Shown: positions 30,768 through 40,363 of the stretch, in pieces
How the letters are laid out: each line of letters opens with the position of its first letter
Position numbering within the stretch: the stretch's first letter is position 1
IMG/VR virus record: IMGVR_UViG_3300035522_000179
Span: 64,001 to 128,000 of that record
DNA: 64,000 bases
Strand: one strand, 5' to 3'
From: a virus
Taxonomy: Duplodnaviria > Caudoviricetes
Notes under the pieces: model-generated
Database searches by the model: none
The model's input: only the letters and a program-made list of their open reading frames with translations
Told to the model about the DNA's origin: nothing
Translations under genes and position numbers: made by a program

Positions 30768-31043
30768 ATGAAAAATGTTTATTATGATGGGATGATTGAT
30801 GTTAATTATATTATAGAAAAAGAAGCATCCCTTCCATCTGATATATTCCGATATAATCAATGTATTATATCACTTGAAGAAATTAGAATGAATGTGGAAA
30901 GATTAGAACCATATGATTTCGGTACTAATTTAAATTTGAAAGTTGAACCGGATACACACTTCTCAGTTGGGAATCGCCTTATCGATCGAGGATACATTAC
31001 ATATGAATTGATTCAGATTGCAAACGAATTGGATCCTTATTAA
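30768..31043 (+). CDS. Hypothetical early protein
   Basis: GGAGG RBS. Confidence 0.7.
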   Translation: MKNVYYDGMIDVNYIIEKEASLPSDIFRYNQCIISLEEIRMNVERLEPYDFGTNLNLKVEPDTHFSVGNRLIDRGYITYELIQIANELDPY

Positions 31044-31054
31044 AAGGAGGAAAG

Positions 31055-31414
31055 ATGAAAAAAGCTAGTTTAAATAAAGATCTTAATAGTATTTTACAAC
31101 AGTCTCGAGCATTTGATCATAAGCGATCAATTTATATAGATTTAGCTCATGACTTATACCATCCGATTGATATGGATGATGCGGATTATAGATATAAAAT
31201 ATTTGATTTTACACATCCTTCTATTCATGACGAAAGATTTAAATATGAGGTACTTCGTATCGAAGACGAATTCATTGATGAAGAACGGCGTAAGAATGAT
31301 TTTTCTTACAATAAACTGATGGTAGAAATTGTTTCGAATCATTTTACCAAATCAAGAATTGAAGATTCGTATATATTAGTAGAAAAATCTAAAGAAAAGG
31401 AGAAGGATAAATGA
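31055..31414 (+). CDS. Hypothetical early protein
   Basis: AAGGAGG RBS. Confidence 0.7.
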   Translation: MKKASLNKDLNSILQQSRAFDHKRSIYIDLAHDLYHPIDMDDADYRYKIFDFTHPSIHDERFKYEVLRIEDEFIDEERRKNDFSYNKLMVEIVSNHFTKSRIEDSYILVEKSKEKEKDK

Positions 31415-31785
31415 AAGATTTTATGAAACCAATTGCAAATGAATTATTACAACAACACCTAGAAGAATCTTCTGATCCTGATCCAAGGGAGATTACAGAG
31501 CCATCTATATATTCTAATTGTCGTCGTATGTATTCACGGTTGAAGACAGATGGGAACGATGGGGAAGAATTTTTATCAGAAGAGATTCATAAAACCGGGG
31601 AAAGGAATGAACTACTATTTCAAAAAGGAGTTGTTCATCCTCAAAAAATGGTTGAATGGGAGCACAGAACCTACCGGAATGACCCAACAATTGACGTTCT
31701 CACTGGTATCATTGTGGACCCTGTGGTGATGGATGACAATGAATATGATGAATGGGATGACGAGGATGAGGATGATGAAGAATGA
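31411..31785 (+). CDS. Hypothetical protein with an acidic tail
   Basis: ATGA overlap with the upstream gene. Confidence 0.7.
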   Translation: MKDFMKPIANELLQQHLEESSDPDPREITEPSIYSNCRRMYSRLKTDGNDGEEFLSEEIHKTGERNELLFQKGVVHPQKMVEWEHRTYRNDPTIDVLTGIIVDPVVMDDNEYDEWDDEDEDDEE

Positions 31786-32366
31786 AGATATATTTGTTTT
31801 ACTTTCGAGATAAGAACGATAAAAGAAATTTAGAGCCGATCCTTTATGCTTATACAAACGATGAAGAGTTAGCAGAAGGATTTCGAAATTTCAGAGACAT
31901 GAAAAAGTTTCTGGAAACAGAACGAGATCTTAGTAAAGATCAGTACAAAGATTTTCAAAGAACTTACCCCTCCAATCAATTAACCTTATCGGAACTAGAT
32001 ACAAAAGATCCGGATAACATCGATAAGAAAATAAAGATTCCAATGATTCTAACTTGGCAGGAAGAAAAATCGGTTCTTCTAAAAGGAGAAGAAACTTATT
32101 CCACCTTTTTCCAAAAGTGCATCTTCAATCCCTACATGTTTGATTTAAAGATTCAAAAATCTCTTTATCAATTAGGATTCTTTTCCATCTATCAATGGTT
32201 GTATTCTAATATGTATATTTACGAACCCTTAAATCAGGATTTGTATTCTGGAGTATTTTCGGAAAAGTTATCCAGAGGATATGAAGATGATAGTTATAAC
32301 GAATTACAAATCGAGTTGGATTCCTTTGGGTTATTCAACCTTTTGTATGGAGGGACGATAAAATAA
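31782..32366 (+). CDS. Hypothetical protein
   Basis: ATGA overlap; terminator at ~32362-32405. Confidence 0.7.
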   Translation: MKIYLFYFRDKNDKRNLEPILYAYTNDEELAEGFRNFRDMKKFLETERDLSKDQYKDFQRTYPSNQLTLSELDTKDPDNIDKKIKIPMILTWQEEKSVLLKGEETYSTFFQKCIFNPYMFDLKIQKSLYQLGFFSIYQWLYSNMYIYEPLNQDLYSGVFSEKLSRGYEDDSYNELQIELDSFGLFNLLYGGTIK

Positions 32367-32405
32367 AGGAAGAGATACATAACTATCTCTTCCTTTATTT
32401 TTTTT

Positions 32406-33674
32406 TTAGTCGAAATTGACAACCAGACTAAATGTAAGTTGATCATCTACATCGATGGTTAAAAGTTCTCGTTCTCTCATTTCTTTTTCTTCCAAACTAA
32501 GACCAAAGACTTTATCCGGATCGGTATCCGATAAGAACAACAAATATTTATGTCCTTCATATTCAATGATCGTAAGCATATCACATTCGTTCTCAGATCG
32601 TTTCAAATTCACAATCATCATTTTACAGTTTAATTCTGCTTTCATATACATTTTAAACTGCTCAGGAACAGAGAAAGATATCTTTACATCGTCTCCTTTG
32701 TGAAGATAAGACTTAATCGTATCAATATTCAAATGAAGCAATTCTTCTTCCAGTAGTTTCTTATCCATCTCTGGATTATAAGAATCTGGAGTAAGCGGAT
32801 CACCGAATACTTCAATAGAACGATTTCCATATCCAATGGTATCTTCACTTTCTTTTATCATCACTTGGTTGATCGCGTCTAAGTCATCTACAACGTTGAT
32901 CAAAGCATCTCTTCCATGCTCTTTGAGCATATTGAGTTTTGCTTTCAACATATTGGAGTACAACTCAAACTCTCTAAAGTAAGATTGATCGCCAAGATTC
33001 GCGTTGTTGCATAAAAACTTAAATACGAAGACATCGTTTTTATCAATGGTTTCAATTGGAATCACATTCCAATCAATCTTGTAACTATCGTAGAAAGAAT
33101 ACAGTGTTCCTGCAAGAGCATCCGTATTATACTTTCCAAGTAAGTTCGCTGCATACTCCAACTTACAAATGGTTTCATATAATCCTTCTTCAATTGTCGT
33201 ATCAATATCACAACTTACTTTCGTATAATGAATACAAGCGGAAACATACGTCTTGTAAATATTAATGAATAAATCTGCTAATCGGTTGAATAATTCTTTT
33301 CTCTGAATCTTTGTAAGTTCATCGACATATCTTCCTAAGAACTTTCCAAGTTCCGTATAAACAGCAATCATACTAGAAGTATCGGACGTTGCTGTAAGAA
33401 CTTTTAAGAAGTTACAAAAGCTATTACGCAATTCCTCGTTTAAATAACCAAAGGGAACGGATTGAAAGGTATGGATCCATTCCTTCTTATAAATATCATC
33501 AATCGTCATAATCGACGGAGACATAACTCCATTTTTAGAATAATGAAGTCTGGAGGGATCCACATAATCCCGGATGTTCATTAAGATCTGTGACTTTATT
33601 TTTGATGGATAAAACTCATAGTATTTTCCAATCTTTAATTTATTCTCATTCTGAAAATAATTCATAGCATTCAT
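32406..33674 (-). CDS. Hypothetical late protein
   Basis: 422 aa, downstream of the nuclease gene. Confidence 0.7.
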   Translation of the reverse strand: MNAMNYFQNENKLKIGKYYEFYPSKIKSQILMNIRDYVDPSRLHYSKNGVMSPSIMTIDDIYKKEWIHTFQSVPFGYLNEELRNSFCNFLKVLTATSDTSSMIAVYTELGKFLGRYVDELTKIQRKELFNRLADLFINIYKTYVSACIHYTKVSCDIDTTIEEGLYETICKLEYAANLLGKYNTDALAGTLYSFYDSYKIDWNVIPIETIDKNDVFVFKFLCNNANLGDQSYFREFELYSNMLKAKLNMLKEHGRDALINVVDDLDAINQVMIKESEDTIGYGNRSIEVFGDPLTPDSYNPEMDKKLLEEELLHLNIDTIKSYLHKGDDVKISFSVPEQFKMYMKAELNCKMMIVNLKRSENECDMLTIIEYEGHKYLLFLSDTDPDKVFGLSLEEKEMRERELLTIDVDDQLTFSLVVNFD

Positions 33675-33680
33675 CCCTTT

Positions 33681-34502
33681 CTAAGGCATAAATATTTTTT
33701 CGGTTTCCCCGTTTTGAAATTTCTCTTTTGCCACGTTTAAGTAGTTTAAGAATTTCAAATGATTCATATTCTCAATCTTGATATAATTAAATGTATTTTT
33801 ATTGGATCGCATTACGTCGTCTTTTAATTTCTCTTTTACTTTATCCACTGCTTGAATTTTCTCATGCATGTTTGGATTGTCTCCACCGTCTTTGATCTCC
33901 ACCTCTAAATTTAAAGAAGGGATAAAAAAGTCGGGAATATAAAAATGGGTTTCTCCTTCATACTGATAATAGTATGTATGAGGACTTGGAGCAATGATAT
34001 CGGTTGCATCGAAGTTTAAATCCAGATCCAAAAACTCCAAGAATTTCTTTTCATAACTTCCTGTGTATGGAATCTCTACATGGAAATCTTTTGACCACCG
34101 ATATACTCCAGAGATTTTTCTATTTGCAAGCATTTTCTTTTGCTGTTCAGGATCATTCAAAAGAGAAACTTTTCCGTACTTTCCGATCATTCTCTTTTTA
34201 AAGATCTCTCGGTAAATCTCTTTGCATTTCGGGTTATCACAAAAGCGATTGTATTTATGAGTAGAGGTGTTCCACCTTGTTTTCTTCTTACAGATAATGC
34301 AACTGCCGTTCATCTTACCTGTTTTTAGATAGTAGTAATACTGCCACCCGTCCATATCTTCTGGGATCATATCTCCATGCACCTCTTCTAAGTGAAGAAC
34401 ATAAGCATCTACATCTATAAAAAAGGTATCGCAATATTTGCAGCGTGTTTTCGATCTCATTTTTTGCATTTCCCTTATTACCTGCCTTCCTGCAAATTTC
34501 AT
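33681..34502 (-). CDS. Zn-finger plus TnsA-like PD-(D/E)xK endonuclease (T4 gp4 head-completion-like)
   Basis: CKYC..HLEEVH, CIIC..C..C, YTGSYE, YIPDFF..LEVEIK; true start probably ~34469. Confidence 0.65.
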   Translation of the reverse strand: MKFAGRQVIREMQKMRSKTRCKYCDTFFIDVDAYVLHLEEVHGDMIPEDMDGWQYYYYLKTGKMNGSCIICKKKTRWNTSTHKYNRFCDNPKCKEIYREIFKKRMIGKYGKVSLLNDPEQQKKMLANRKISGVYRWSKDFHVEIPYTGSYEKKFLEFLDLDLNFDATDIIAPSPHTYYYQYEGETHFYIPDFFIPSLNLEVEIKDGGDNPNMHEKIQAVDKVKEKLKDDVMRSNKNTFNYIKIENMNHLKFLNYLNVAKEKFQNGETEKIFMP

Positions 34503-34596
34503 TAAGGTATTGTCAAATGTATTTAAATAACGATTTCTTATATTAATTTATAATCAAAAATACACTTTTGTAAGGAAAGGCGGGTGAAATAAGCAT

Positions 34597-35016
34597 ATGT
34601 CAGTAGATCCTGCATTTGGCGTTGGTGAATTTGGTACACCAAAGTTGTATTCTGAATCAGAAACCCTTGCGAATAATATTATAGCTAGTTTGTTTGCTGT
34701 ACCTGGGTCTTACCCAACAATGCCTAACTTTGGGATGGCAATACAAGATTATTGCATGGGAATGATGGATGACATTGATATTGATGACCTAAAATCAAGA
34801 CTTATTGATTGCTGTTCCGACTTTAGTCAAGTCGTAAATGACGGACAATTCGACGTAATCAAAACAACAAAAAAAGATAGTAATGGGGACGACGTCCCTT
34901 TATTATTGCTTGTAATACCAACACAGTATCAGTCCAAAAGCAAAAGCTTAATTATTGGAATTACAAAAGATACAAAAAATATCGCTTATAATTTTAAGTG
35001 GATTGACGAAGATTAA
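34597..35016 (+). CDS. Probable gp25-like baseplate wedge protein
   Basis: 139 aa; LF..PGSYPTMPNFG pattern. Confidence 0.6.
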   Translation: MSVDPAFGVGEFGTPKLYSESETLANNIIASLFAVPGSYPTMPNFGMAIQDYCMGMMDDIDIDDLKSRLIDCCSDFSQVVNDGQFDVIKTTKKDSNGDDVPLLLLVIPTQYQSKSKSLIIGITKDTKNIAYNFKWIDED

Positions 35017-35036
35017 AAAAGAAAGGAAATAAAACA

Positions 35037-36743
35037 ATGTCAGATATTCAAATAACACAGGATGAGAATTTGGATGTTGCTGCACTTTTCGAAAGTGCAA
35101 AATCAAGTACATCCACTCCCACTACCGAAGCCGTAGTAACACCTAGTGAGGTAAAGACTCCTCTTCAGAGAATGAGAGAGCAACAAAATCAGGGGGTAGT
35201 GATTCAGAATGTAAACGATGATGGTCCAAAGCTTGGTGGTCAGATGATGAAAGAAGACACCATCAGCGGCGTTCAGAAAACACTCGATGAAATGGATGAC
35301 CTTGCTGAGAAAGCAAGACAGGTAAAACTTGTTTCCAAACCGAAGAGTGATCTCGAGATGGCTCAGATGATTGATGCTCTTGACAACATGGATATTGATG
35401 AGCTTAAGAGTGCAAAGGCAATTGCCAACAACGAAACTGGTAATGATACGATTAAAGAAACAGATCTGATTGGTTCTGATATCAATTCTGGTACAGAGGT
35501 TCTCACTTCTGGTGAACTCCAGGGAAATAAGTTTTTCGTTCCTAGAACGGATGATGAGACCACGGTTACTAAAGAAGCTGCAGAAACTCCCACAGAGGAG
35601 AAACCGGAAGTTACTGAAACAACTGTCACCATTGAGAAAGCAGAAAATCCGGAGGGAACCTCTATCATCGAATTTACCGATGAGGAAAGAGAGAAACTTC
35701 AGAAGTCTTCTAAGATCAATCTGGTTTCTATTAAGAAGATCAATATCAATACTGGAAAGGTGATGAAGCCGGTTCAGAACTTTATGGCAGAGTACACCAC
35801 TCAGATGTACAAAGCAATCGGTGGAAGTGTCAACATGACCTTCGTTGCATCCAGATTTCGTGGAACCGTTCGTGGTCTGACCTTTGGTGAGTACCTGGAT
35901 CTTTCCTTGTCAAATACCATGACTGATGTGGATCAGGTGACGAAAAAGCTTAGTGTGATCTATAAAGCACTGGTAAATACTTCTATTGGGGAGTTCAAAG
36001 ATTTTGATGATTTCCTTCAGAACTTTGCATTCATGGATCTTCCTTTGGGAACCTATGCAGTTTACATTGCTACCAATCCGGAAGTACTTGAGATGGGTCT
36101 TAAGTGTGGTGTAGAAGAGTGTAAGCAGAACTTCACTGTAAACTTCTCTGCAAGAAACCTTCTTGACTATGAGTCCCTTAGCGATTACTTCAAAGAGGCA
36201 ATGGAGCAGGCTGGTACCAAGAGTGGTCCGGAAGCAAAAGAATACCATGAGACTTCTTCTGTGGTAACCCGTCAGGTAATTGAACTTCCCGGAACTGAGG
36301 TTGCTTGTGAGATCGGTCTTCGTTCTTGCTACGAGATGATTCACAACGTCCTTCCGTTCATTAATGGAATTGAAACAACCATGGCAGATAAGTATCCGGA
36401 TGATACAAATAAGGTAAGAGAAATCATCTCTTATGTAACAAATTATGTTTCCGCAATTTATTTGAAGGATGAGAACGGCGAATATACCATTCGTGAGGAT
36501 GATCTGGAGAATATGGTAGACATGATTTACAATCTTCCGATTACGGCTTATGGTGTTATTGCAGCGATAATGAATCAGACCGATGCAGATTACAACGTAC
36601 AGTTTGGTATCAAGGAAGTTACTTGTCCGAACTGTGGAAACGTAACGAAGTTTGTAACGGTAAATATTGATGAAGAGGTTTTTCTGAGATTTCAGGAGCT
36701 CGGAACCTTGCAAATAAATCAAGAAACCTTACCTCGACTTTAG
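35037..36743 (+). CDS. Baseplate hub or tail assembly chaperone-like protein
   Basis: VRGLT.GE, CGVEEC and C-terminal CPNCG; adjacent to the gp25-like gene. Confidence 0.6.
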   Translation: MSDIQITQDENLDVAALFESAKSSTSTPTTEAVVTPSEVKTPLQRMREQQNQGVVIQNVNDDGPKLGGQMMKEDTISGVQKTLDEMDDLAEKARQVKLVSKPKSDLEMAQMIDALDNMDIDELKSAKAIANNETGNDTIKETDLIGSDINSGTEVLTSGELQGNKFFVPRTDDETTVTKEAAETPTEEKPEVTETTVTIEKAENPEGTSIIEFTDEEREKLQKSSKINLVSIKKININTGKVMKPVQNFMAEYTTQMYKAIGGSVNMTFVASRFRGTVRGLTFGEYLDLSLSNTMTDVDQVTKKLSVIYKALVNTSIGEFKDFDDFLQNFAFMDLPLGTYAVYIATNPEVLEMGLKCGVEECKQNFTVNFSARNLLDYESLSDYFKEAMEQAGTKSGPEAKEYHETSSVVTRQVIELPGTEVACEIGLRSCYEMIHNVLPFINGIETTMADKYPDDTNKVREIISYVTNYVSAIYLKDENGEYTIREDDLENMVDMIYNLPITAYGVIAAIMNQTDADYNVQFGIKEVTCPNCGNVTKFVTVNIDEEVFLRFQELGTLQINQETLPRL

Positions 36744-36931
36744 AAATTTATTTGGAGATCTTCAAAGAAGAATTAACCTTTGATGATATCATGAATAAGG
36801 TTCCTTATAAAATGCTGATAGAGCTCCGGGATGCGAGAGCATCTCGCATGGAACGAGATAAAGAAAAAGCGGAAAAAGATGCTGCGAACATGAAATCAAA
36901 TAACATACAAAATTCCATATTGAGAATGTAA
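36674..36931 (+). CDS. Open -1 frame, probable frameshift extension of 35037-36743
   Basis: 85 open codons starting at GGTTTTT; LEIFKEELTFDDIMNKVPYKMLIELRDAR. Confidence 0.5.
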   Translation, partial: RGFSEISGARNLANKSRNLTSTLEIYLEIFKEELTFDDIMNKVPYKMLIELRDARASRMERDKEKAEKDAANMKSNNIQNSILRM

Positions 36932-36957
36932 AAAAATATGATGTTGAGGTGTGACCA

Positions 36958-37275
36958 ATGGAAAGAAAAATGACCACTTTTGCAAGAGAGATTAGTGGGT
37001 GTGATATTGATTTACTCTACACAATCATTTGCAAAAAGTATAAAAACTTCATCCAGTTTTATCGACTGGTTGAAGACATGGCAGAAAACATTGATTCCCT
37101 GAAATACGAATTTTCTTCTGACTCCTCTTTGTATGTTTCTATGACAATGAAGAAAGGAACAGATATCAAAGATACCGTATCTAAGCTGGAATCAAAGATT
37201 GATTCAACGGGACTTTATACCTATAACATCATGTCTGAAGGAAAGAAAGTAAAAATAGAAGTCAATAAAAAATAA
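36958..37275 (+). CDS. Hypothetical protein
   Basis: GAGGTG RBS; terminator at ~37282-37320. Confidence 0.7.
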   Translation: MERKMTTFAREISGCDIDLLYTIICKKYKNFIQFYRLVEDMAENIDSLKYEFSSDSSLYVSMTMKKGTDIKDTVSKLESKIDSTGLYTYNIMSEGKKVKIEVNKK

Positions 37276-37352
37276 CAAAAAAAGAACCAACTGAGAAGAA
37301 GTCTCAGTTGGTTCTTTTTTAAGATAGGATGTTAGATATGAATTGATGTTTC

Positions 37353-38639
37353 TTATTCTTTCCAATATTTTGCAGTATCGAAATTGTGTGCTTTGGACAA
37401 CTCAACTCCAGAGAAGAATGCTCCTCCAGGAGTAAGATTCCCATCATAGAAACGAACTCCCATTTTCACTTCGTCATGTTGATGAATGTATTTAGCTAGA
37501 TCTGTAAACAGCTCCCACCCATTTGATTCTTCTTTGGTTAAATAGATAACTCTGGCATATACTACGTCATCCCCTCTAAGACCAGATGACTTCTCTCTGT
37601 AGAATAACAGTTCTGCCTTGTAAATGGTTCCATCAGAAAGATCTTTCATATTTGTTTTGTAAAGATATGTAGCATTATACTTCTCAATGATTCTGTCAAT
37701 CAAAGGAGCTTCTACATCTTGATCAAAACAGGAAATGACTTCTTGTCTTTCAAATCCACCATTCGGATTGTGGTGCATTGCAACTAAGTTTGTTTTCATT
37801 TCAGTGCAGACATGCACTAAAGAACAGAGAGGCATTTGCAAACCAGATAAGTAAACGATTAATTCTCTTTGCGGTTTTCCATCTTTGAAAGGAATGTTTT
37901 TCGTGATGAATTCACGGCAGATACGTTCCTGATCTTCAAAGTCATCGAATCCATGAATGTCAAAATAATCCGCCTCAAAGATATAATCTTTCACTGGCAT
38001 GTTATGCCTTTCTGCAATCAGACCAACCTTTACAGAAGATTGTAAATCGTTGGCGTCAACAGCTCCCTCAATGATTGGAACAACCTTCATCTGGAACTGC
38101 CCAGTTGGTTCAGGTTTCTTTTCTACGGATACCGGAGAAGGATTGCCAATTTTCCTTTCCTGGATCATAGAAATCTGAGACTTCTTCTTGGGTGCTACAA
38201 CTGGTTCGGGTTCAGGAACTTCCTCTACAACGGTTTCCTTCTTAACCCGTGGTTGTACCAAACCAAGATCCTTCTTGATTTTGTTTACCCGATAAGACGT
38301 TGTATTCATTGTTTTCACAATCTCTGCAACAGATCTCCCCTCTGATAGAAGGTCAATAATTACACTGACATCATCCTTCACTTCTTCTTCAACGATTGTA
38401 GGAATCTCTTCTTCAACCTCTTCTGCTACCTCAACCGGTTTCTTAGAAGCGAGTTCCTTACTCTCCTGAATCAAAGCTTGATGAATTAGTTCCTTGTTCT
38501 GGTTTGCAATCTTGATCACATTTCCAATCTTCATGTTGTTTAGATTTGCGATCTCCTTCTTGCTTAATGTACCAGCTTGCAATTGTGCTACGATGATGCT
38601 TGTCTGTTCTTTGGATAAACTCTTTGATGATTTTGCCAT
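37353..38639 (-). CDS. Early protein with two N-terminal HTH-like motifs
   Basis: LSKKEIANLNNMKIGNVIKI and GRSVAEIVKTMNTTSYRVNKI; TATATTAT at 38686-38693 on minus. Confidence 0.65.
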   Translation of the reverse strand: MAKSSKSLSKEQTSIIVAQLQAGTLSKKEIANLNNMKIGNVIKIANQNKELIHQALIQESKELASKKPVEVAEEVEEEIPTIVEEEVKDDVSVIIDLLSEGRSVAEIVKTMNTTSYRVNKIKKDLGLVQPRVKKETVVEEVPEPEPVVAPKKKSQISMIQERKIGNPSPVSVEKKPEPTGQFQMKVVPIIEGAVDANDLQSSVKVGLIAERHNMPVKDYIFEADYFDIHGFDDFEDQERICREFITKNIPFKDGKPQRELIVYLSGLQMPLCSLVHVCTEMKTNLVAMHHNPNGGFERQEVISCFDQDVEAPLIDRIIEKYNATYLYKTNMKDLSDGTIYKAELLFYREKSSGLRGDDVVYARVIYLTKEESNGWELFTDLAKYIHQHDEVKMGVRFYDGNLTPGGAFFSGVELSKAHNFDTAKYWKE

Positions 38640-38770
38640 AATTAAATTCCTCCTTTTTTATAGATTTTATTCATTTGGCAAGAAAATAATATATCACTGA
38701 CAGAAGGAAGTATACGATATTTGATTTATATATTATTCCTTTGAAATAAAGTAAAGAAAGGAGAAACATC

Positions 38771-38965
38771 ATGATACCTATTACAAAAATGAATTTGGAG
38801 AATCAACTTATGGATTTGAATTATAAGTGGAGAGAGGTATTAGCAAAAATCGACGATCCGAACATACCCGAAGAAGAAAGGAATCGGGCAAGAGAAGAGA
38901 GTAATAAAATCCGCCTGGAAATGCGTGAGACTCTTCATCATTTAAATGATTATGAAGTAAAATAA
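38771..38965 (+). CDS. Small coiled-coil early protein
   Basis: TATATTAT at 38729, AGGAG RBS, terminator. Confidence 0.65.
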   Translation: MIPITKMNLENQLMDLNYKWREVLAKIDDPNIPEEERNRAREESNKIRLEMRETLHHLNDYEVK

Positions 38966-39006
38966 TAAAAATAGGAGTTGTGAACTTAATCACAACTCCT
39001 ATTTTT

Positions 39007-40257
39007 TTATTGCAGATTTTCCAACTGTTCTTTGTACTTCTTTATTTTTTCGTTTAACTCATCCACTTCATCCGATGTCTGAGCGTCTGATTCAAACCCT
39101 CTGGTGTTCTTCTTTTCAATGTTTGCAAGACTTTCCTCGAGTTTGTTAATTTTCTCTTCCAACATCTCTTCTTTTTCTGCTTCTGAGTAGAAATCATTTA
39201 TAGTCGGTCTTCGTTTTCTACTGTTCATCTCATCTCTATTCATTTTTATTATCCTCCATAGTTCTTTCTCTATGTCTTGACTGAGAAATCCGACATCTAG
39301 ATACATGCAAATTCTATAATAATCTTTGAACTTTGCATATTTACCAAAAACATTATATTTTGCTTGAAATGATTTTCGTTTTTTATAGTAATTATCTGTT
39401 GTTTTTTCAGTATACTCAATTTCACAAATTTTATGTTTTCCATCAAAATAAGTGGTTTTACTATTTTCTTGCTCTAAAAGTTCAAGGACAACTCCAGTTC
39501 CTTTCTTCACCTCATTTCCATACTTATCGAAATAGATCTTTTCTTTTTTCAGTGAAGAAAACTTTGGAGCTAAATCTCCGATGAACAACTCGTGATATTG
39601 CTTCATAGCTGATTTATAAATAAAAATCATTGAGACATCATCAGAATCAGCCGATTCATTATATTCGTCTTCGTCATTATATAAATCATCTTCATATTCC
39701 GCTGACTCTTTTCTCGGCTTCACACCAATTAATTTATTGATATCATTTTCAAGTTCTTTACTTATGAACCCACAGTCAGCTTTCATATTGTATAAATAAT
39801 ATTTTTCGAATTCTTGATATTTTGGAGATACTGTCCATATTGCGTATGCATCTTCTTTTTCATTTTGATTTTTTCCCACTTTATAGCGATACCATACCTC
39901 ACAAACTTTTTCATCTCCGTCATACCATTCTCTTTTCTTTCGAGTATCATTTTTTAAATATTTAAGTTTCATTCCCGTTAAACGCTTTTCACCTTTTCCG
40001 TCAGAGTTTATATATTTTTCTTCTCTTCGTAATGTTGAAAAGTTAGGATATTTCCCTTTCATATTGGTTTTCCAATATCCGCGTAACCACTTTTTATATT
40101 CATTTCCTATAGATTTTCCCATTCGGTCATGATATATTTGTTTTCCAGGAGTGGTGTCAGCAGCTAGAGCAGTACCAATTAGAATTCCCCCTGCAATAGC
40201 ACTAGCACTAGCTTCATTTATATAATCATCATCAAGAGATTCATAATCCTCGTACAT
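39007..40257 (-). CDS. Putative internal head protein with a duplicated domain
   Basis: Two related units (WYDGDEKVCEV / YFDGKHKICEI); repeated xES motifs; late promoter at 40293-40305. Confidence 0.6.
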   Translation of the reverse strand: MYEDYESLDDDYINEASASAIAGGILIGTALAADTTPGKQIYHDRMGKSIGNEYKKWLRGYWKTNMKGKYPNFSTLRREEKYINSDGKGEKRLTGMKLKYLKNDTRKKREWYDGDEKVCEVWYRYKVGKNQNEKEDAYAIWTVSPKYQEFEKYYLYNMKADCGFISKELENDINKLIGVKPRKESAEYEDDLYNDEDEYNESADSDDVSMIFIYKSAMKQYHELFIGDLAPKFSSLKKEKIYFDKYGNEVKKGTGVVLELLEQENSKTTYFDGKHKICEIEYTEKTTDNYYKKRKSFQAKYNVFGKYAKFKDYYRICMYLDVGFLSQDIEKELWRIIKMNRDEMNSRKRRPTINDFYSEAEKEEMLEEKINKLEESLANIEKKNTRGFESDAQTSDEVDELNEKIKKYKEQLENLQ

Positions 40258-40292
40258 TACTTATCTCACCTCTTTTTATAGGAGTTTCAAAT

Positions 40293-40341
40293 TTAAAATA
40301 TTGTTTTCTTAGCGGAAACATGTGGGAAAACATTAATTTAA
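40293..40341. promoter_or_regulatory. Divergent pair of late-type promoters
   Basis: Minus aaca atattt taa (40293-40305) and plus aaca ttaatt taa (40329-40341). Confidence 0.7.
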
Positions 40342-40363
40342 ATTATCATTAAATAAAGGAGAG

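Noticed and set aside
33681-34502. Transposase or homing endonuclease serving the intron
   Set aside because: No terminal repeats or other transposon genes. The late-type promoter and position beside baseplate genes fit a core virion-assembly nuclease better.
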